In this document: piece by piece, positions 9,792 to 19,487 of the stretch
Numbering within the stretch: the first letter of the stretch is position 1
Layout of the letters: every line of letters starts with the position of its first letter
Translations under genes and position numbers: made by a program
Notes under the pieces: generated by a model
Database searches by the model: none
What the model was told of the DNA's origin: nothing
What the model saw: the letters and a program-made list of their open reading frames with translations, nothing else
Assembly (NCBI GenBank): GCA_045046875.1
Contig: JASFYY010000118.1
Span: 9,841 to 73,840, forward strand
DNA: 64,000 nt
From: Verrucomicrobiota bacterium
GTDB lineage: Bacteria; Verrucomicrobiota; Verrucomicrobiia; Verrucomicrobiales; DEV007
Direction of reading: 5' to 3'

Positions 9792-11042
9792 ATGAAACCT
9801 TCATCCTTTCGCGCCACCCTGCTCGCTGCATTCATCATGACAAGCCAATCGCTGCCCGCTATTCCCATTCATACCACCGCAAAAGAACTGCCGCACATTC
9901 CCCTGTGGCCCAAGGCCGCGCCCTACTCCCACGGTGACAGCGGCAGCGACCAACCCTTCTTCGACATCTATCTGCCCGAAGAAAAACTGCGCAACGGTGC
10001 GGCCGTCGTGGTCTGCCCCGGCGGAGGATACGGAGGGCTCGCCCTCGATCACGAAGGCAAACAGATCGCCGAGTTCTACAACGCCTTCGGCGTCACCGCC
10101 TTTGTTTTGCATTACCGCCTCGGCCCCCATAAATATCACTTCCCCACCCAACTTGCCGATGTGCAACGAGCTATGCGTTTTGCCCGCAGCCAGGCCCAGA
10201 AATACCACATCGACGCCAAACGCATCGGCGTGATGGGTTTTTCCGCCGGCGGCCACCTGGCTTCGATGGCAGCCACCAAGTTTGATGAAAAAGCTTACCC
10301 GGCCAGTGATGCCATCGACCAGGTATCCGCTCGACCGGATTTTGCCGTACTTTGTTACCCGGTCATCACCATGGATCCGGAATTCACCCACAAAGGCTCA
10401 CGCAAAAACCTGCTCGGCCCGGACAAAAACGACGACCCCGAAGCGGCCGACCACGTCTCCTCCGAACTCAACATCACCGCCCAAACTCCACCGACCTTTC
10501 TCTTCCACACCAATGAGGACACCGCCGTACCAGCGGAAAACTCAGTGCGTTTCTACCTCGGTCTGCGCCAGCACAAAGTCCCTGCTGAGCTTCACATTTA
10601 TCAAAAGGGACCTCATGGAGTCGGGCTGCAAAAAGGCGACCCCATTCTTGGCACTTGGGGCGGGCATCTCAAGGACTGGTTGCGCACTAATGATTTCCTC
10701 GCTCCGGCAGGGAGCCCCAAACGAGTCGCCGTCTCGGGTAAAGTCTCGCTCAACGGCACGCCGGTCAGCTGGGGCTCGATCACCTTCACTCCTGAAGATC
10801 CGAACCTGCCCTTCACCTCGACCGTGGTGCGTGGCGGAAAGTTTCGCACTACCGCTGACAACGGCCCCGCCGCGGCGCCCTCTCTCATTTCCTTCGAAGC
10901 CTCAATCTGGGATGCCACCCACCAAACAGAAGACCGTGTCATACAATGTGATCGTTTGTCACAAAACGACCCGCAACCGTTATCCCTCGATGTCGCCGCC
11001 CGAATGAAAGCGTTGCAATTCGAACTGACGCAAACAAACTGA
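9792..11042 (+). CDS. Secreted alpha/beta hydrolase (BD-FAE/acetyl-xylan-esterase-like) with extra C-terminal beta-sandwich domain
   Basis: VCPGGGY, GFSAGGHLA nucleophile elbow, D..V, GPHGVG; C-terminal RVAVSGKVSLNGTPVSWGSITFTP. Confidence 0.85.
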   Translation: MKPSSFRATLLAAFIMTSQSLPAIPIHTTAKELPHIPLWPKAAPYSHGDSGSDQPFFDIYLPEEKLRNGAAVVVCPGGGYGGLALDHEGKQIAEFYNAFGVTAFVLHYRLGPHKYHFPTQLADVQRAMRFARSQAQKYHIDAKRIGVMGFSAGGHLASMAATKFDEKAYPASDAIDQVSARPDFAVLCYPVITMDPEFTHKGSRKNLLGPDKNDDPEAADHVSSELNITAQTPPTFLFHTNEDTAVPAENSVRFYLGLRQHKVPAELHIYQKGPHGVGLQKGDPILGTWGGHLKDWLRTNDFLAPAGSPKRVAVSGKVSLNGTPVSWGSITFTPEDPNLPFTSTVVRGGKFRTTADNGPAAAPSLISFEASIWDATHQTEDRVIQCDRLSQNDPQPLSLDVAARMKALQFELTQTN

Positions 11043-11055
11043 CCCGAACTTCCTC

Positions 11056-13311
11056 ATGCAAAAAATCCTCATCACCTTGCTACTGGCCCTGAACCTCACC
11101 CCACTTCCAGCTCAGGAAGCTTCCCCCTCGGCCAAAGCCCGTGAGCTGATCAACGCTGGAGGGGGAGAAATCGCGCTTAACAAATCCGTTCCCGGAAAAA
11201 TCAAAATCACCGGTGATCAAGCTTTTGCCCTGCTCAACGATGCCAACGCCAACATCATCGCCGCCGCCGGAGCCTCCGGCAAAGGCCGGGTGATCGCCTT
11301 CAGTCATGGCAGCTTTTTAGTTGGCGACCTGCTTGATCAAAAACCCGTTACAGACTTCACATCAAACGCTTTCCGCTGGGCAGGTCATTCCTCGAAACCT
11401 AAGATCGGCCTGCAAACTTCGATGAAAAAACTAGGCGAATCTTTACAAGAACAAGGATTCAAAGTCACCTTCATCCAAGACCAGCAACTCTCCCGCGCTT
11501 TGAAAAAATTGGATGTTTACGCCACCATTGGGCACAGCTTGAAAGACGACAAAGCGATCAAGGCCATTCAAGAGTTCGTTGCCAAAGGCGGCGGCCTGAT
11601 CACCGCCACCACTCCTTGGGCATTTGGCAACAAATACCCGGACTATTCCACTTTCCCCGGCAATCAAATCATAGCCGCAAGCGGTCTGGTTTACCTGCCT
11701 AACGGCACGGCTGGCAAAGGCCCTATTATTATCAATCCCAGCACACCAGGAGGCAAAGCTATCGCCGCAGCGCACCAACTCACCAAAAATCACAAAAACC
11801 TAAACCCCTCCGAACGCAGAGAACTGACCGCTCAAGTCGGCGAAGGCAAACACCTCACTGGATCCAGTTTGACCGAATTCCTACAAGCGCTCGACCAACT
11901 CGAACGGGAAACAGGCTTAGTGGTCCCTAGCAAAGAAAACCCCATCCAACCAGCCAGCAGTGGCAGCTCCCCCAATCTCGCTGAAACCATCATCCGTGTG
12001 CGCGACCACATCAATCAAAATGCCCCCGCCCGTTTCATCACCAAAATACCCGCCGCCGATGACTACCCCGGGGCCATTGCCAAAAACACCAAACGCATCA
12101 GCCAAACCTTGACCATAGACGGAAAATACCGTGGCTGGCTTTCCGGTCGTGGTGCCGGCGCCTGGGCTGCCAAGGAAATGCGCGCCACCGGAATCTACGC
12201 GCCACCCGGCGAACTCATCAAAGTCACCTTCCCCGAACAACTGGTCAACAAAGGCTTCGAAGTGGTCATCGGCGCCTACGGCGGCAGCCTGCTCAACAAA
12301 GACAAATGGACCCGCTACCCACGTCTGCGCAATGAATTTGATATTGATAAAACCATCACCGCCGCCGCCAACGGACTCGGCGGACTGGTCACCATCCGCG
12401 TGCCGCGTGACGCGGACTACCCTGCATTCAAGATCACCATCGAAGGAGGTGTGCGTGCGCCCCTCTATGTGCACGGCAAAACCAAACTCAGTGACTGGAA
12501 ACAAAGCATCCGCAAATACCCCGCACCATGGGCCGAACTCGTCTCCGACCGCATGATCATCGCGCTGCCCTCCGAATACATCCGCAAACTCAACGACCCT
12601 GACAAGGTGATGGAAATCTGGAACGACATCATCAACACCGCTGCAGAACTGGTGGTCGTGGATCGCAAGGACTATCGCGCTGAACGCCTGGTATTCGAAC
12701 GCCAACTCTCTGCCGGTTACATGCATTCAAGTTACCCGGTCGCCGCCCACCTTGATAAAAATGCGGTGCAAGCCGTCGATGCCCGTGACCTGCGCAAAAA
12801 CGGCAACTGGGGATTTTTTCATGAATACGGCCACAACCATCAACACGATCTCTGGGCTCTACCCGGAACCGGGGAAACCACCTGCAACCTCTGGTCGGCT
12901 TACATTTACGAAAAGCTGATTGGCAAAAAAAACACCGACACCCATGGAGCCATAAAATCCGACAAGCGCAAAGAACGTCGTGAAGCTTATTTCAAGGGAG
13001 GTAGGAAATTTAATCCCGACTGGAGCATGTGGACCGCCCTGGACACTTACTTGATGATCCAGGAAGAATTCGGCTGGGAGCCCTTCAAAAAACTCTTCGA
13101 CGAATACAACCATCTGCCTAAATCAGAGTGGCCAAAAACCCAACAGGAAAAAAACGATCAGTTTGTCATCCGTCTCTCCAAAGCCTGCGACAAAAACCTC
13201 ACCCCCTTCTGGCAAGCCTGGAACCTACCACTCACAGATAAAGTCGCCGCAGCAACCGCCGACTTGCCAAAATGGGAAAACCATCCGGTGGAGAAATACG
13301 TCAAGCCTTAA
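11056..13311 (+). CDS. Secreted M60-family metallopeptidase (enhancin/TCAF-like)
   Basis: TGIYAPPGE, APWAEL, GYMHSSYPV, WGFFHEYGHN and GETTCN (HExxH-x8-E). Confidence 0.9.
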   Translation: MQKILITLLLALNLTPLPAQEASPSAKARELINAGGGEIALNKSVPGKIKITGDQAFALLNDANANIIAAAGASGKGRVIAFSHGSFLVGDLLDQKPVTDFTSNAFRWAGHSSKPKIGLQTSMKKLGESLQEQGFKVTFIQDQQLSRALKKLDVYATIGHSLKDDKAIKAIQEFVAKGGGLITATTPWAFGNKYPDYSTFPGNQIIAASGLVYLPNGTAGKGPIIINPSTPGGKAIAAAHQLTKNHKNLNPSERRELTAQVGEGKHLTGSSLTEFLQALDQLERETGLVVPSKENPIQPASSGSSPNLAETIIRVRDHINQNAPARFITKIPAADDYPGAIAKNTKRISQTLTIDGKYRGWLSGRGAGAWAAKEMRATGIYAPPGELIKVTFPEQLVNKGFEVVIGAYGGSLLNKDKWTRYPRLRNEFDIDKTITAAANGLGGLVTIRVPRDADYPAFKITIEGGVRAPLYVHGKTKLSDWKQSIRKYPAPWAELVSDRMIIALPSEYIRKLNDPDKVMEIWNDIINTAAELVVVDRKDYRAERLVFERQLSAGYMHSSYPVAAHLDKNAVQAVDARDLRKNGNWGFFHEYGHNHQHDLWALPGTGETTCNLWSAYIYEKLIGKKNTDTHGAIKSDKRKERREAYFKGGRKFNPDWSMWTALDTYLMIQEEFGWEPFKKLFDEYNHLPKSEWPKTQQEKNDQFVIRLSKACDKNLTPFWQAWNLPLTDKVAAATADLPKWENHPVEKYVKP

Positions 13312-13477
13312 CCAAGAGGCCGACATCATTTTAAACCACCCTTTTGGGCTCCATAAAGGACTACTAAAAAATCGAACACCTGCGCCCTTCGGCTTGTCTG
13401 ACACCTTAGTCATCCATTGTTGAACCCTTGTGCAAAATCGCCATGGAACACTGGACTCAATCCACTGCTCTGCCTGC

Positions 13478-14992
13478 ATGCCCTTACATCCTTTTATCAT
13501 CTCTGCGCAAAAAATCGCTGCATGGCTGTGCCTGCTCACGCTCTTGCTCGGGTCAGCCCCCTCTCTCTCTGCGATTGAAAAAAACACCCTCTCCGCAATG
13601 GAACTGATGCGTGACGAATGCCTGCGCTGTCACAAAAAAGAGAAAAAAAAGGGTGGCCTGCTGCTCACCTCCCGCCAAGCTCTACTCGATGGCGGAGATA
13701 CCGGCCCGGCCATCGTGCCTGGCAAAGCTGTCGACAGCTTCCTGCTCGAAGGCTTGGAGGCCGAGGCCGATCCCCACATGCCTCCCAAAAAACAACTCAG
13801 CAAAAAGGAGATCGAAATGCTCTCACTTTGGATCAACCAAGGCGCTGCCTGGGATGCCAAAACCCTCGCCAAAATAAAAGCCCCACCTGCACCCAATGCC
13901 AAGGACCTCGCCGCATTGCCCTCATCCTACCGTCCTGTGCTCACCATGGCCTTGTCACCAAATGCCAAAACCCTCGCCACCGGTCAGGGCGGAGATATTG
14001 TGTTGTTTGACTTCCTCCAGGCAGATGCCAAGCAAAAAACCAAAACACGGCTGCAAAAAAAGAGCACCCTGCCCGCCCACAAAGATGCCGTGCAATCGCT
14101 GATATGGTCGCCCGATGGCAAAAAACTCGCTTCGGGAGCTCATCGGGAGATTCGCATCTGGCAACCCGGTCAGGACAAAGCGCTGTTCACTCTCAATGAC
14201 AAACTGAACGGACGCATCACCGTTCTAACCATCACTCACGACAACAAAACCCTGCTGGCCGCCGATTCCATTCCATCGGTGAATGCTGACATCCACATCA
14301 TCGATCTGGCATCAGGCAAAATACTGCGCACCATCAACAAAGCACATGCCGACACCATTTTCAGCATCAGCCTCAGCCCCGACAAAAAACATTTTGCCAC
14401 CGTGTCCGCTGACAAGCTGATCAAAATCTGGGATCTCTCAACTTGGAAAACAGTTGCCACCCTTGAGGGCCACACCGGATTTGTACTGGCCGCCGCTTAC
14501 AGCCCCAAAGGGGATCGCCTCGCCACCAGTGGCGACGATGAAGTGATCAAAGTCTGGGACATCAAAAGCAAAAAACAGTTACAATCTTTCGGCTCCAAGC
14601 TCGCCGGCCCCATCACCGGTTTACGCTGGATTTCAGATCCTGAAAAAGTGAAAAAGAAAGCCGCGGAAAAAGACAAAAAGAAAGCGGCCAAGATCAATAC
14701 CGATAAAATTTTTGCCATCAGCGAAGATGGCCGTCCCCGAACCTACGGAGACCTCGTCCTGCACGACGGTGCCCAACGCTCCACCGGGGCCCGGGAAAAA
14801 GCCTATACGGCGCAAAAAGAATCGCTGGCCACCCTGGCCGTCGCCACATCAAAAGACAGGAAAGCCCCGTTCCCCTTCCTCTTCGCCGGCTCCGACAGTG
14901 GATCACTCTTCATCTGGGACGCCGCAGGCAAGCTGGTTTTCCAACAGCATCCCAATGATCAGGTTGCCGATTCCACCGCGGGGGAAAAATAA
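13478..14992 (+). CDS. Planctomycete cytochrome c + WD40 repeat protein
   Basis: CLRCH heme motif, PHMPP ligand region, multiple WD40 repeats (DKLIKIWD, EGHTG...KVWD). Confidence 0.85.
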   Translation: MPLHPFIISAQKIAAWLCLLTLLLGSAPSLSAIEKNTLSAMELMRDECLRCHKKEKKKGGLLLTSRQALLDGGDTGPAIVPGKAVDSFLLEGLEAEADPHMPPKKQLSKKEIEMLSLWINQGAAWDAKTLAKIKAPPAPNAKDLAALPSSYRPVLTMALSPNAKTLATGQGGDIVLFDFLQADAKQKTKTRLQKKSTLPAHKDAVQSLIWSPDGKKLASGAHREIRIWQPGQDKALFTLNDKLNGRITVLTITHDNKTLLAADSIPSVNADIHIIDLASGKILRTINKAHADTIFSISLSPDKKHFATVSADKLIKIWDLSTWKTVATLEGHTGFVLAAAYSPKGDRLATSGDDEVIKVWDIKSKKQLQSFGSKLAGPITGLRWISDPEKVKKKAAEKDKKKAAKINTDKIFAISEDGRPRTYGDLVLHDGAQRSTGAREKAYTAQKESLATLAVATSKDRKAPFPFLFAGSDSGSLFIWDAAGKLVFQQHPNDQVADSTAGEK

Positions 14993-15129
14993 AAGCTGCT
15001 GAGAAATAAGCTTTTTCCTCTTGTCGAATGAAAGCAGGTTGATCAAAAGCCGGAAAGTGCTACTCTTGCGTCTTCCCCGCCGAAAAAGCTCACAGATCAT
15101 CAATCCAAGAGCCTGAATGTCTGGCAAAA

Positions 15130-15204
15130 GCGCGATTAGCTCAGGGGTAGAGCACCTGCTTCACACGCAGGGGGTCGCAGGTTCAAATCCTGCATCGCGC
15201 ACCA
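15130..15204 (+). tRNA. tRNA-Val (anticodon CAC)
   Basis: GCGCGAT/ATCGCGC acceptor stem, TAGCTCAG D-arm, CCTGC-TTCACAC-GCAGG anticodon arm, GGTTCAAATCC T-arm, encoded CCA. Confidence 0.97.
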
Positions 15205-15313
15205 GCCTTCGCTTCGAATGACAAATTCGAAAGAAAGACTGCCGCGCCGTAGCCTACAAGGCGAAGGCGGGCGATTTTAGGGCCTACGTAAGTCTGAAGC
15301 TACGGCTCGGCAG
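15205..15313. repeat. Structured REP-like palindromic element directly 3' of tRNA-Val
   Basis: IR pairs 15205-15212/15261-15268, 15213-15219/15225-15231 and 15239-15253/15299-15313 (1 mismatch); contains GTAG. Confidence 0.6.
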
Positions 15314-15555
15314 GCAGGCTCTCCTCCAAAGATTGAGGACAAGAGTATTTTTTTAGTTTGTGTTGTGTTTAGGTTATCCTTTGCCACCCGAGTTTGTTGC
15401 GCAAATCGCCTATTTTTGTAACAAATATATACGAATGGGATATCTATTCGCAACACGCGTGAATGAGCGCAATTAAAAGGCTTCCATTTTCGCAACAATT
15501 CCGACACACTCATCCATGTGATAGCTCCGGTCACATCCCTCTAACGCCCTGCTAC

Positions 15556-16698
15556 ATGTTCCATAAACCCATCCAAGCCCTACCTTTCTTTTGCCTCCTT
15601 TGGCTACTACTGCCTTTGCTCACAGCCCCCGTCTCATCTTCTGCCCAGGGCAATAAAGACGCCTGGCTCAAAAAAATGGCTCCATTGATGAAGCCCACCC
15701 CCTTCACCAAAAGCTCCCTGGGCACGGTTCAGGGACAAATGATCAAAGTGATTTCTGTGATAGGGAAATCGGATCGCACCCAGGGCCCCAAACCTAATGA
15801 GCTCATCACCCGAGCCTGTGAAACCCACCAATCCCATGGCCCCATTCGTACGATGATCACCGCCAATATCGTTGAGCAAGCTTACGAAGAAGCTTTGTTC
15901 CTAGGCCTGTTTGACAAAAAAGGAAATTTTAAAAATGTCATCCAGAATGGCCCTTATACCGGTGAAAGAGTTAAATTTGAATACATCGTACCGGCTGAAA
16001 AAGCCCCTGAGTTTTCCCAGGACATTGCCAATCTACGCTTGGTAAGGATCGGGCAAAAACAGCAAGACAACAGCTTTGCCGATCGTGAAAAAATCCACCT
16101 GCTAAAACTACAAAAAATAAAACAAGAAACCCGCAGCCGCCAGGTTTTACACGAAAGCGAAAGCGGCCACCTACTCGACACCTCTATTTCCACTCCCGAC
16201 AAAGGCCCGCATTACGAAAAGTGGGAAGCTGCCATGGAAGTGGCCGAAGAAGTAAAAAATGAACCGCCCCGGATCAAATTAGTGGCTCGTAAACAATCCA
16301 GCGCTAGTCGCAACAACGGTGAAAAACTAGCCATTTGGGTTAAAGTCGAAAATCTCAGCAAAGCTCCAACCATGGTCACAGTGCATTGTTTCATGCTGGG
16401 CAGAACCGAACGCGAGCGTGTGCTGTTCAACATCGGCCACGGCAAAAAAGAAGTCGTTCTTCTAGCCGGCGACACCCAACAGATGCTGCTTTACTCCCGT
16501 TCCTTTCCCAGTATGAAAAACCACGTGGCTGATTTGGATAAATTGAAAAAAAAGGAACGCGGCAAAGCCAAATTTTTTGTCCGCGGATGGGTCGTCAGAG
16601 TCGAACACAATGGCAAGGTGGTGGCCACTGGCGCTTCCATGTCCTCCCTGCTCCCCTACGCTGACGAAAACTACCGAGGACTCAACGGCCTGCCTTGA
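15556..16698 (+). CDS. Secreted hypothetical protein, possibly a degenerate HNH-like domain
   Basis: Signal peptide; GPYTGERVKFEYIVP...PEFSQDIANLRLV resembles HNH 'VDHIIP...NL' spacing but lacks the His. Confidence 0.55.
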   Translation: MFHKPIQALPFFCLLWLLLPLLTAPVSSSAQGNKDAWLKKMAPLMKPTPFTKSSLGTVQGQMIKVISVIGKSDRTQGPKPNELITRACETHQSHGPIRTMITANIVEQAYEEALFLGLFDKKGNFKNVIQNGPYTGERVKFEYIVPAEKAPEFSQDIANLRLVRIGQKQQDNSFADREKIHLLKLQKIKQETRSRQVLHESESGHLLDTSISTPDKGPHYEKWEAAMEVAEEVKNEPPRIKLVARKQSSASRNNGEKLAIWVKVENLSKAPTMVTVHCFMLGRTERERVLFNIGHGKKEVVLLAGDTQQMLLYSRSFPSMKNHVADLDKLKKKERGKAKFFVRGWVVRVEHNGKVVATGASMSSLLPYADENYRGLNGLP

Positions 16699-16737
16699 CC
16701 TCCCTCACCTTCACCCCAAAAAAACGCTACAAAGGGG

Positions 16738-17892
16738 TCACCGTTTTTTGCGTCCCTTATCAGCTTTCTGAGGCACCGCTGCAGGGGTAAGCTTCATACT
16801 CAGCTTTTCTATCCCACGCAATACTTCCAAATTCAAACTCCTTCCCACACTGGCCACATAAAAAACATCCACCAAATCATTCAAATCGGCGACCCGCCTA
16901 TTCCCCACCCGCAAAATAACATCCCCCGAACGAAGCCCGCATTGCTCAGCAGGAGAATTTTCTCTCACAGTCATCACTTGCGGCGTGGTTGACTGCAAAT
17001 GAAACGAAGCCCCGATCCAGGCCCGTGAACTGCGACCGATTCGCCGTTGATCGCGCAGCAGTTTTTCCAAAACCGCTGACGGCAACGCATGATGCTCTGA
17101 AGCTTCTTTCAAAGCACGCCCGGTCAAAATCCCCAACACCCCTCCCGCTTCATCCAACAAAGGGCTACCCGCCGCACCACGCAACAGATGCATGTTCACT
17201 CGATAAAATGAAGTAGGCAGCTCCAAGCCTTGATAAATGCTATCGCGTCCTGCCAGGCGACCCGCCACACAAACATCAGCCTCGCCTGTGCCAGGCCGGT
17301 TAATACTGAAAACCAGACTCCCTGAATCCACTTGATCACCAGTGGGGCGCAGGGACAAGGCCGCCGGTGAAGACAAACTGCCCTCCGCAGTTTTCACCAA
17401 ACACAACCGCGTCCGCACATCTATCGCTAATACAGTTCCAGCCTGCTCCCGTCCATTGCCACGCAATAGCAATCCATCTTCCTTAGTGACCCCGTCGGGG
17501 ATCACAGTTGCATAAATACCTTCATTGGTTGCCTTGAACCCCATGGAATAAATTCTAGAGTTCGCCCCACCCCAGAACACCTCGACCAAAGCTGGCTCGA
17601 TACGCTCATACAAATCCCGCGCAGATACTCCGAATCGTATAGACTCATCTGCCTGACTGCCAAAAGCCCGGGCATTTTGGACCGGCGCAACAACCGTGTC
17701 CGGTGGCCCTGACTCCGTATCCTGGGCAAGCACTTGATTCTGCCAAAGACCGCAGATCGCACCGCTTAACAAGGTGGCAAAAACCAGCTGAGACCAATGA
17801 ACCCTCTGCCAGCATTCACGCTGAATCGAGCGAGCCGGAAACCATTTCCACCCACTACTTACTCGCTCAGAATGAGTTAACTCAGAATTCAC
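16738..17892 (-). CDS. HtrA/DegP-like (S1C) protease-fold + PDZ protein, catalytic residues apparently lost; start uncertain
   Basis: Trypsin-like segments (AIDVRTRLCLVK, RGAAGSPLLD..G.VLGI) and PDZ (RAWIG, NSPAEQCGLRSGDVI). Confidence 0.75.
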   Translation of the reverse strand: MNSELTHSERVSSGWKWFPARSIQRECWQRVHWSQLVFATLLSGAICGLWQNQVLAQDTESGPPDTVVAPVQNARAFGSQADESIRFGVSARDLYERIEPALVEVFWGGANSRIYSMGFKATNEGIYATVIPDGVTKEDGLLLRGNGREQAGTVLAIDVRTRLCLVKTAEGSLSSPAALSLRPTGDQVDSGSLVFSINRPGTGEADVCVAGRLAGRDSIYQGLELPTSFYRVNMHLLRGAAGSPLLDEAGGVLGILTGRALKEASEHHALPSAVLEKLLRDQRRIGRSSRAWIGASFHLQSTTPQVMTVRENSPAEQCGLRSGDVILRVGNRRVADLNDLVDVFYVASVGRSLNLEVLRGIEKLSMKLTPAAVPQKADKGRKKR

Positions 17893-18325
17893 GCAAAAAA
17901 GATTTAATCCCAGCCGGGACGATACTTTCATTCGCGGGCTTTTGATCACCCAATACCGGCACAGTCGACTGATTGGCGGAGTCACCAATTTCATATAGAA
18001 CGGTAGAAGATTGATCCAAGCCCGATCCGTTTTTTGCCTGTAAATCATCATCACCCGCACGAAAAAAGAGGCCGATCATCACTGCGGCATAAGCCGCTCC
18101 CGCCAAATAAACCCGCTTGCGGCTGCCCACTCCCCAGAACCAGGTCTCCACGCGGTCCCAAAATAAACTCCATGCCGAACGCTGCATGATCTCAACCCGC
18201 TGGCGATCGTGCAAATCATCCAGAAAGCGCTCATAAAACCCTTCAGGCGGGTGTTCATAACGCTTCAAATGGAGCAATTTCTCCAAATCTTCGTATTGTT
18301 TGTCTTGTTCCTCGTCTGACTTCAT
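17882..18325 (-). CDS. Putative anti-sigma factor (single TM)
   Basis: LLHLKRYEHPPEGFYERFL...TM helix; immediately downstream of the ECF sigma gene. Confidence 0.6.
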   Translation of the reverse strand: MKSDEEQDKQYEDLEKLLHLKRYEHPPEGFYERFLDDLHDRQRVEIMQRSAWSLFWDRVETWFWGVGSRKRVYLAGAAYAAVMIGLFFRAGDDDLQAKNGSGLDQSSTVLYEIGDSANQSTVPVLGDQKPANESIVPAGIKSFLREF

Positions 18326-18420
18326 AACCGGGATAAGTAGTCGTTGTTGTTCTCATGCGAGCCTGCCAGCCCACCTCAAATGAAATTTTCCATATAAAAA
18401 TAAACAGAATAAATCGATCT

Positions 18421-19026
18421 CTATTTTCTAAATTCTTCTAAATAATTTTGCAATTGACGGTGGGCATAAAACAACCGGGATCTCACAGTGCCCTCTGATA
18501 CTCCCAGAATTTTACTTATTTCCGCATGCGGCATCCCCTGTATATCAAACATGGTCACCACTGCTCTATGGTCATTCGACAGCTCTTGCAAGGCTACGTT
18601 CAATCTTTGCTGCAGTTCAGAAATGTTCACCTCCCTCACCGGATCGCTTTTTGAAGTCGCCTCAATGAAATCAGGATCACGCTCGATCGCCATATCGACG
18701 TCATCAAGACTCATCGCCCGCCTTCTCCCCCGTTTTTTCAAAAAATTCAAGGTCATGTTCACCGAGATCGAGTAGATCCAGGTGTAAAAGGTGGATTTCT
18801 CCTGAAAACGCTTCAACGACCGGTAAGCCTTGGCAAACACATCCTGCAACACATCATTGGTATCCTCGTGGTTGGAGGTCATGTGATACACCAAACCATA
18901 CAAACGCGGGGTGTACTTCACCACCAATTCATCGAAGGCATGAGTATCCCCATCGCGCGCGCGCGCCACCAAACCCTTGTCCTCGTCCGGCTTGCGTTTT
19001 TTCTGGGGGATTTTTTTCGATTTCAT
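18421..19026 (-). CDS. ECF RNA polymerase sigma factor (RpoE-like)
   Basis: DVLQDVFAKAY, STFYTWIYSI, EISKILGVSEGTVRSRLFYAHRQL. Confidence 0.92.
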   Translation of the reverse strand: MKSKKIPQKKRKPDEDKGLVARARDGDTHAFDELVVKYTPRLYGLVYHMTSNHEDTNDVLQDVFAKAYRSLKRFQEKSTFYTWIYSISVNMTLNFLKKRGRRRAMSLDDVDMAIERDPDFIEATSKSDPVREVNISELQQRLNVALQELSNDHRAVVTMFDIQGMPHAEISKILGVSEGTVRSRLFYAHRQLQNYLEEFRK

Positions 19027-19100
19027 TCAGACAGTCACCCTCGTATCACCAAAGTGAACAGGCATCGCAAACAACACTCAAGTCAGCAAAAACTCAATAC

Positions 19101-19466
19101 TTAATAATCTCCCACGCAAATCTTCACCGAAACATAATCCGTATCGGTCAAAATAAATTTTTTCACCTCCACTTCAACCCTGGCCACCCGCTCAAATTTT
19201 AAAGCCGCCTGAGCGATTTCCTCGGCCAAAGTCTCGATCAAACGACGACTGCCCGTCTGTGCTACCTGATGAATCCGCTGACTGACTTGATAATAATCAA
19301 TCGTAGCGTCTATATCATCCGCCAGAGCCTGCAGCGATTCTTGCGGATGGATAACCAGATCCACCTGCAAGTCCTGGGCATTCTCCCGCTCTTCATCGGG
19401 CACCCCTACCCGCGACTGAATCCGCAGCCCTTTAATTTCAATCTGATCCCGGTGTTTCATATTCAA
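19101..19466 (-). CDS. folB: Dihydroneopterin aldolase
   Basis: DQIEIKGL...GVPDEER...Q.L.VD, TIDY, LIETLAEEIA, VEVKK. Confidence 0.9.
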   Translation of the reverse strand: MNMKHRDQIEIKGLRIQSRVGVPDEERENAQDLQVDLVIHPQESLQALADDIDATIDYYQVSQRIHQVAQTGSRRLIETLAEEIAQAALKFERVARVEVEVKKFILTDTDYVSVKICVGDY

Positions 19467-19487
19467 GCGTTCATCCCCAGCGCAGCC

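Noticed and set aside
15130..16700. Integrative element at tRNA-Val
   Set aside because: No integrase is present, and I found no duplicated tRNA 3' end in the window.
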